Positions 60,522-64,000 of a DNA stretch of 64,000 nucleotides are shown piece by piece. The stretch comes from Bdellovibrionota bacterium. GTDB lineage: Bacteria > Bdellovibrionota_G > JALEGL01 > DATDPG01. Within the stretch, counting starts at the first letter, position 1. Each line of letters begins with the position of its first letter. Location of the stretch: positions 768,001 to 832,000 of the forward strand of contig OY764265.1 of assembly GCA_963668355.1 (NCBI GenBank). The letters are read 5' to 3'. The position numbers and the translations under genes were made by a program. The notes beneath the pieces were generated by a model that saw nothing but the letters and a program-made list of their open reading frames with translations, did no database searches and was not told where the DNA came from.

Positions 60522-63164
60522 TCAGATTTTACTCAAGACCGAGTCCAATTGAGCCAAGCGCAGAACGTTCACTGGAGGAACCTCTTCATTTAAAAGAGAG
60601 CGAAAGACTTCCCCAACACGAACCGACTCCGGAGTTGCAATCGAAAGTCTTAAAAAAAGACCCCTTGAATTTGAATCGGATAATAGGCGCATTTCTGGAA
60701 AAGACTCGTCTGCCAACTTCAGTTCCAGCACGCCCTTTCGTATATCCAAGGTTCGCTTCTTTCCCTTGCGTTCTCGTTCCACGAAAAGGTCTTCTTCAGA
60801 GTCAAAAATCTCCAGACAGCGATCCACAGACTCCTCATTCGCCAAAATTACGAGGTAATCGGCCGCAAATACCTCTTTCTGAAGAGGTCGATCCGTTGCG
60901 TCCAATTTTTTTGCTTGTCTGTAAATGATTCCTTGATCCGCAGTTCCATTGAGTTTCTCAAGAAGCTCCTGTTCAGAATATCTCTCGGACAGATTCACAT
61001 CGATGAACTCAGCGACACTCAATGTCCCCAAGGAGAGGGCCGGGCCGTACACCACTTCGGGTTTGGGATGAAAACCTTGAGTCAGAACCATCTCAATGCC
61101 TGCCCGTCGGAAATGACGGGGCAACATTCGAATGAGATCCAAGTGAGACACATACGAGGCTGGAGGAAGTTTGGAATAACAGATCCGGTACCGATGCTTC
61201 TCAAGCGAACGGGTGCGCTTTTGGCCTTCTGAAAAAAGCGCGTCGGTCTGCTTAAGAAACTCTTCACGCTCAGTTCTCATTTCGGACAAATCGCATTCCA
61301 CGCCACATTGATAACAGACAAGCTTTCGCTCATCCGCCTGATGCGTGGGAAGTGTCTGATGATGAATCTTATCCCCTTTTGGTTTTCCACAAGGCGGAGA
61401 GGTTTTGGTCTTCAATGCACGCTTATACTCCGTGACCAAATACGTTCGCTCAACCCCAGGATCAATATGATCCCATGGCAAGCGATCTTCCACGGAAAGT
61501 TCTTTTAAGTACAGGTGGGGGTCGACGCCCATCTCTTCGAAGGCTTCACGCCATTTTTCCAAGTCGAGATGCTCATCCCATCCATCCAGTCGACAACCTT
61601 TTTGGTAGGCTCTTTCAATCACATCGGCCACTCTTCGATCGCCACGCGCGAGGACTCCTTCCAAAAAACTAATGAGACGATTGTGTTTTCGGAAGTTGAG
61701 ACGCTGTTTCTTGCTGGCGAAGGCCACACGATCTTGCTTTTCAGCAATTTCTTCCAAAGTATCCATTTTTGCCCACTGAAAGGGCGTATGGGGTTTTGGA
61801 ACATGAGAAGAAATGGAAACCGTTACGCGATACCGGCCCCCCTTTTTCAACTCTCTCCCCAAGCGTTTGACTTTGCTGGCTAAGTCTACGATGCCGTCCA
61901 CATCTTCAAGCGTCTCCGTCGGTAGACCAATCATGAAATAGAGTTTGATGTTCTCGTAACCATGAGAAAAGGCTCGCCTAGAAGATTCCAAGATTTCTTC
62001 TTCTGATATGTTCTTCGCAACCACATCCCTCATGCGTTGTGAGCCAGCTTCGGGGGCAAAGGTGAGTCCACTGACCCGACCTTTGGCCAGCGCTTTCATG
62101 GTGTTTTCCGAAAGTCCATAGGCCCGCAACGAGGAAACGCTCATGCTGACATCTTGATCGGATAATTCTTCCGCAAGACCTTCGATGAGTGGAGATATGC
62201 ATGAATAGTCTGCGGTAGAAAGCGCCGTTAGAGAGGCTTCGTTATACCCTCCTTGAGAAAGACCTTCCAAAATTTGGGCTCGGACTTCCTCTGGACTCCG
62301 CTCTCTCACAGGGCGATAAATCATTCCGGCCTGACAGAACCGACACCCTTCCGTACACCCCCGAGCCAACTCGATGGACAAGCGATCAAAGACCGTTTCC
62401 GTAAACGCCACAGGGGAATTGGAAGGATAAGGATACTCGCTAAAATCATTCAAAAGCCTTCGTTGAATGGGCAGCGAACTCTTTTCATCCGACATATCCA
62501 CAACCCAATATCCCGTCTTCTTGTCCAGGACGGTGGGATGAAGTTGAGGGACATAAATTCCCTTCCAGGTGGAAAGGTTTTCTAAAATTTCCTTTCGGGA
62601 GGCCCCCTTTTCCTTGGCCGACGCCACAAACAGAGCCAATTCAGATGCAACCTCCTCCCCATCTCCCAGAACGAAAAAATCTACAAACGGCGCGAGAGGC
62701 TCCGGAGAGAAAGCACACGGCCCACCCGCCAGAACAATGGGATCGTTTTCGCTCCGATCTTGGCTTCGAAGAGGAATTCCACTTAAGTCCAACATATTTA
62801 GAATGTTGGTGTACGTCATTTCGTATTGGAGTGAGAATCCGATCAAATCGAATTCCTGGAGAGAAGTTCCTGTTTCCAAAGAACACAGGGGAATCTTCCG
62901 TCGTTTGAGTTCGGTTTCCAAATCCAAAGCGGGACAAAAAACGCGCTCCGCTGCAATATCAGGCTTTCGATTCAAGGCGTGGTAGAGAATCTTAAACCCC
63001 ATATGGGACATTCCGATCTCGTACAAATCGGGAAAAGCCAAGGCAACACGAACCCTTGGCTTCGATTTTCGGATGCTCTGGTACTCGCCACCCACGTATC
63101 GAGCCGGTCGCTCGATTAGGTGAAGAAAGTCTTTATAGGGGTGAGAAAAGTCTATTCGGTTCAA
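60522..63164 (-). CDS. TIGR03960-type B12-binding radical SAM fused to a TIGR03936/DUF2344-like domain
   Basis: PARYVGGE, PDLYEIGMSH, RGCTEGCRFCQAG, SHLD, GFHPKP. Confidence 0.9.
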   Translation of the reverse strand: MNRIDFSHPYKDFLHLIERPARYVGGEYQSIRKSKPRVRVALAFPDLYEIGMSHMGFKILYHALNRKPDIAAERVFCPALDLETELKRRKIPLCSLETGTSLQEFDLIGFSLQYEMTYTNILNMLDLSGIPLRSQDRSENDPIVLAGGPCAFSPEPLAPFVDFFVLGDGEEVASELALFVASAKEKGASRKEILENLSTWKGIYVPQLHPTVLDKKTGYWVVDMSDEKSSLPIQRRLLNDFSEYPYPSNSPVAFTETVFDRLSIELARGCTEGCRFCQAGMIYRPVRERSPEEVRAQILEGLSQGGYNEASLTALSTADYSCISPLIEGLAEELSDQDVSMSVSSLRAYGLSENTMKALAKGRVSGLTFAPEAGSQRMRDVVAKNISEEEILESSRRAFSHGYENIKLYFMIGLPTETLEDVDGIVDLASKVKRLGRELKKGGRYRVTVSISSHVPKPHTPFQWAKMDTLEEIAEKQDRVAFASKKQRLNFRKHNRLISFLEGVLARGDRRVADVIERAYQKGCRLDGWDEHLDLEKWREAFEEMGVDPHLYLKELSVEDRLPWDHIDPGVERTYLVTEYKRALKTKTSPPCGKPKGDKIHHQTLPTHQADERKLVCYQCGVECDLSEMRTEREEFLKQTDALFSEGQKRTRSLEKHRYRICYSKLPPASYVSHLDLIRMLPRHFRRAGIEMVLTQGFHPKPEVVYGPALSLGTLSVAEFIDVNLSERYSEQELLEKLNGTADQGIIYRQAKKLDATDRPLQKEVFAADYLVILANEESVDRCLEIFDSEEDLFVERERKGKKRTLDIRKGVLELKLADESFPEMRLLSDSNSRGLFLRLSIATPESVRVGEVFRSLLNEEVPPVNVLRLAQLDSVLSKI

Positions 63165-63493
63165 AAGCCTGACGATGGCGGTTCGTATCCGGGTGAAACG
63201 GGGGTCTCCGTTTCAGCACCTCGATCAACCATTTCCTTTAATTCTTTACCGACTTTGAAAAAGGGAAGCTTCTTTTCTTTCACTTCAACCTTTTCGCCCG
63301 TTTTGGGATTTCGTCCAACGTACGGTTTGTAATGCTTCACTTTAAAACTACCAAATCCACGAATTTCAATGCGATCTCCAGCCTTCATAGCCGCCGTCAT
63401 GGAATCAAAGACATGCGCCACGATCGTTTCGGCTTGCTTTTTTGAAAGCTTTCCCTGTTCAGCTAATTTTTCAATCAGGTCAGATTTTGTCAT
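63161..63493 (-). CDS. ihfB: Integration host factor beta / HU family protein
   Basis: MTKSDLI, RIEIRGFGSF, GRNPKTG, FKVGKEL. Confidence 0.85.
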   Translation of the reverse strand: MTKSDLIEKLAEQGKLSKKQAETIVAHVFDSMTAAMKAGDRIEIRGFGSFKVKHYKPYVGRNPKTGEKVEVKEKKLPFFKVGKELKEMVDRGAETETPVSPGYEPPSSGF

Positions 63494-63688
63494 GTCGTGG
63501 CCCCTTCATCGGGAGTTATAGATTTGAAATCATTCATGTAATCGACTTTTCGGTTTTCTTCTAAGAAAAATACCCGTCCATCACATAACGATGGTAATCA
63601 TTATAACATGTTGAATTTACAAAAGTAAATAGCTTCCACCCACGCTTCACGCACCGAACGATGCTTTAAGTCGTTGTTTTTACAGCGT

Positions 63689-64000
63689 TTACTGGTTCAT
63701 CGAATCCAAAAATTCGGCATTACTCTTGGTTTTCGTGAATTTATCCAAGAGGAACTCCATCGCATCAATGCCATTTAAGGGCTGCAATAATTTTCGAAGA
63801 ATCCAGATTCGTTGAAGGATGCTTTCATCCAACAAGAGCTCTTCTTTGCGCGTTCCAGATCGATTGATATCAATGGCCGGAAACATTCTTCGATCCGCCA
63901 ATTTTCGATCCAGTACGATCTCGCTATTTCCCGTTCCTTTAAATTCTTCGAAAATAACCTCGTCCATTCGAGATCCCGTATCCACCAAAGCCGTCGCAAC
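63689..64000 (-). CDS. rho: Transcription termination factor Rho (3' part; truncated by the window edge)
   Basis: [39 protein letters not shown]. Confidence 0.96.
   Translation of the reverse strand, partial: VATALVDTGSRMDEVIFEEFKGTGNSEIVLDRKLADRRMFPAIDINRSGTRKEELLLDESILQRIWILRKLLQPLNGIDAMEFLLDKFTKTKSNAEFLDSMNQ

Noticed and set aside
60522..63164. Third radical SAM gene as part of the RiPP system
   Set aside because: Widespread TIGR03960-type family in a housekeeping rho-ihfB context about 38 kb away.

Overview
Gene-dense bacterial chromosome segment. TIGR02266-like PilZ/DUF4388 and Zn-finger/TPR envelope proteins plus a delta-type IHF suggest a Deltaproteobacteria/Myxococcota/Bdellovibrionota-like lineage (inference). 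Housekeeping and metabolic genes include yitJ, lsrF, acs, pepE, serS, glpK, radA, ihfB, partial rho and tRNA-Ser(TGA). Highlights: (1) a coupled three-gene cluster (B12-radical SAM with a putative RRE, EpiD/LanD-type flavin decarboxylase, RRE-radical SAM/SPASM) that looks like a RiPP maturation system but has no dehydratase and no obvious precursor; (2) an intact archaeal-type gatE-gatD pair in a bacterial context; (3) a variable region after tRNA-Ser with a duplicated tRNA 3' end, two inverted 63-bp REP-like palindromes bracketing a catalytically dead trypsin homologue, mobile mystery proteins A/B, a possible leukocidin-fold lipoprotein and a nucleotidyltransferase remnant; (4) an HD-GYP gene that appears to start at ATT. 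All family calls come from motif recognition by eye; no database searches were run.
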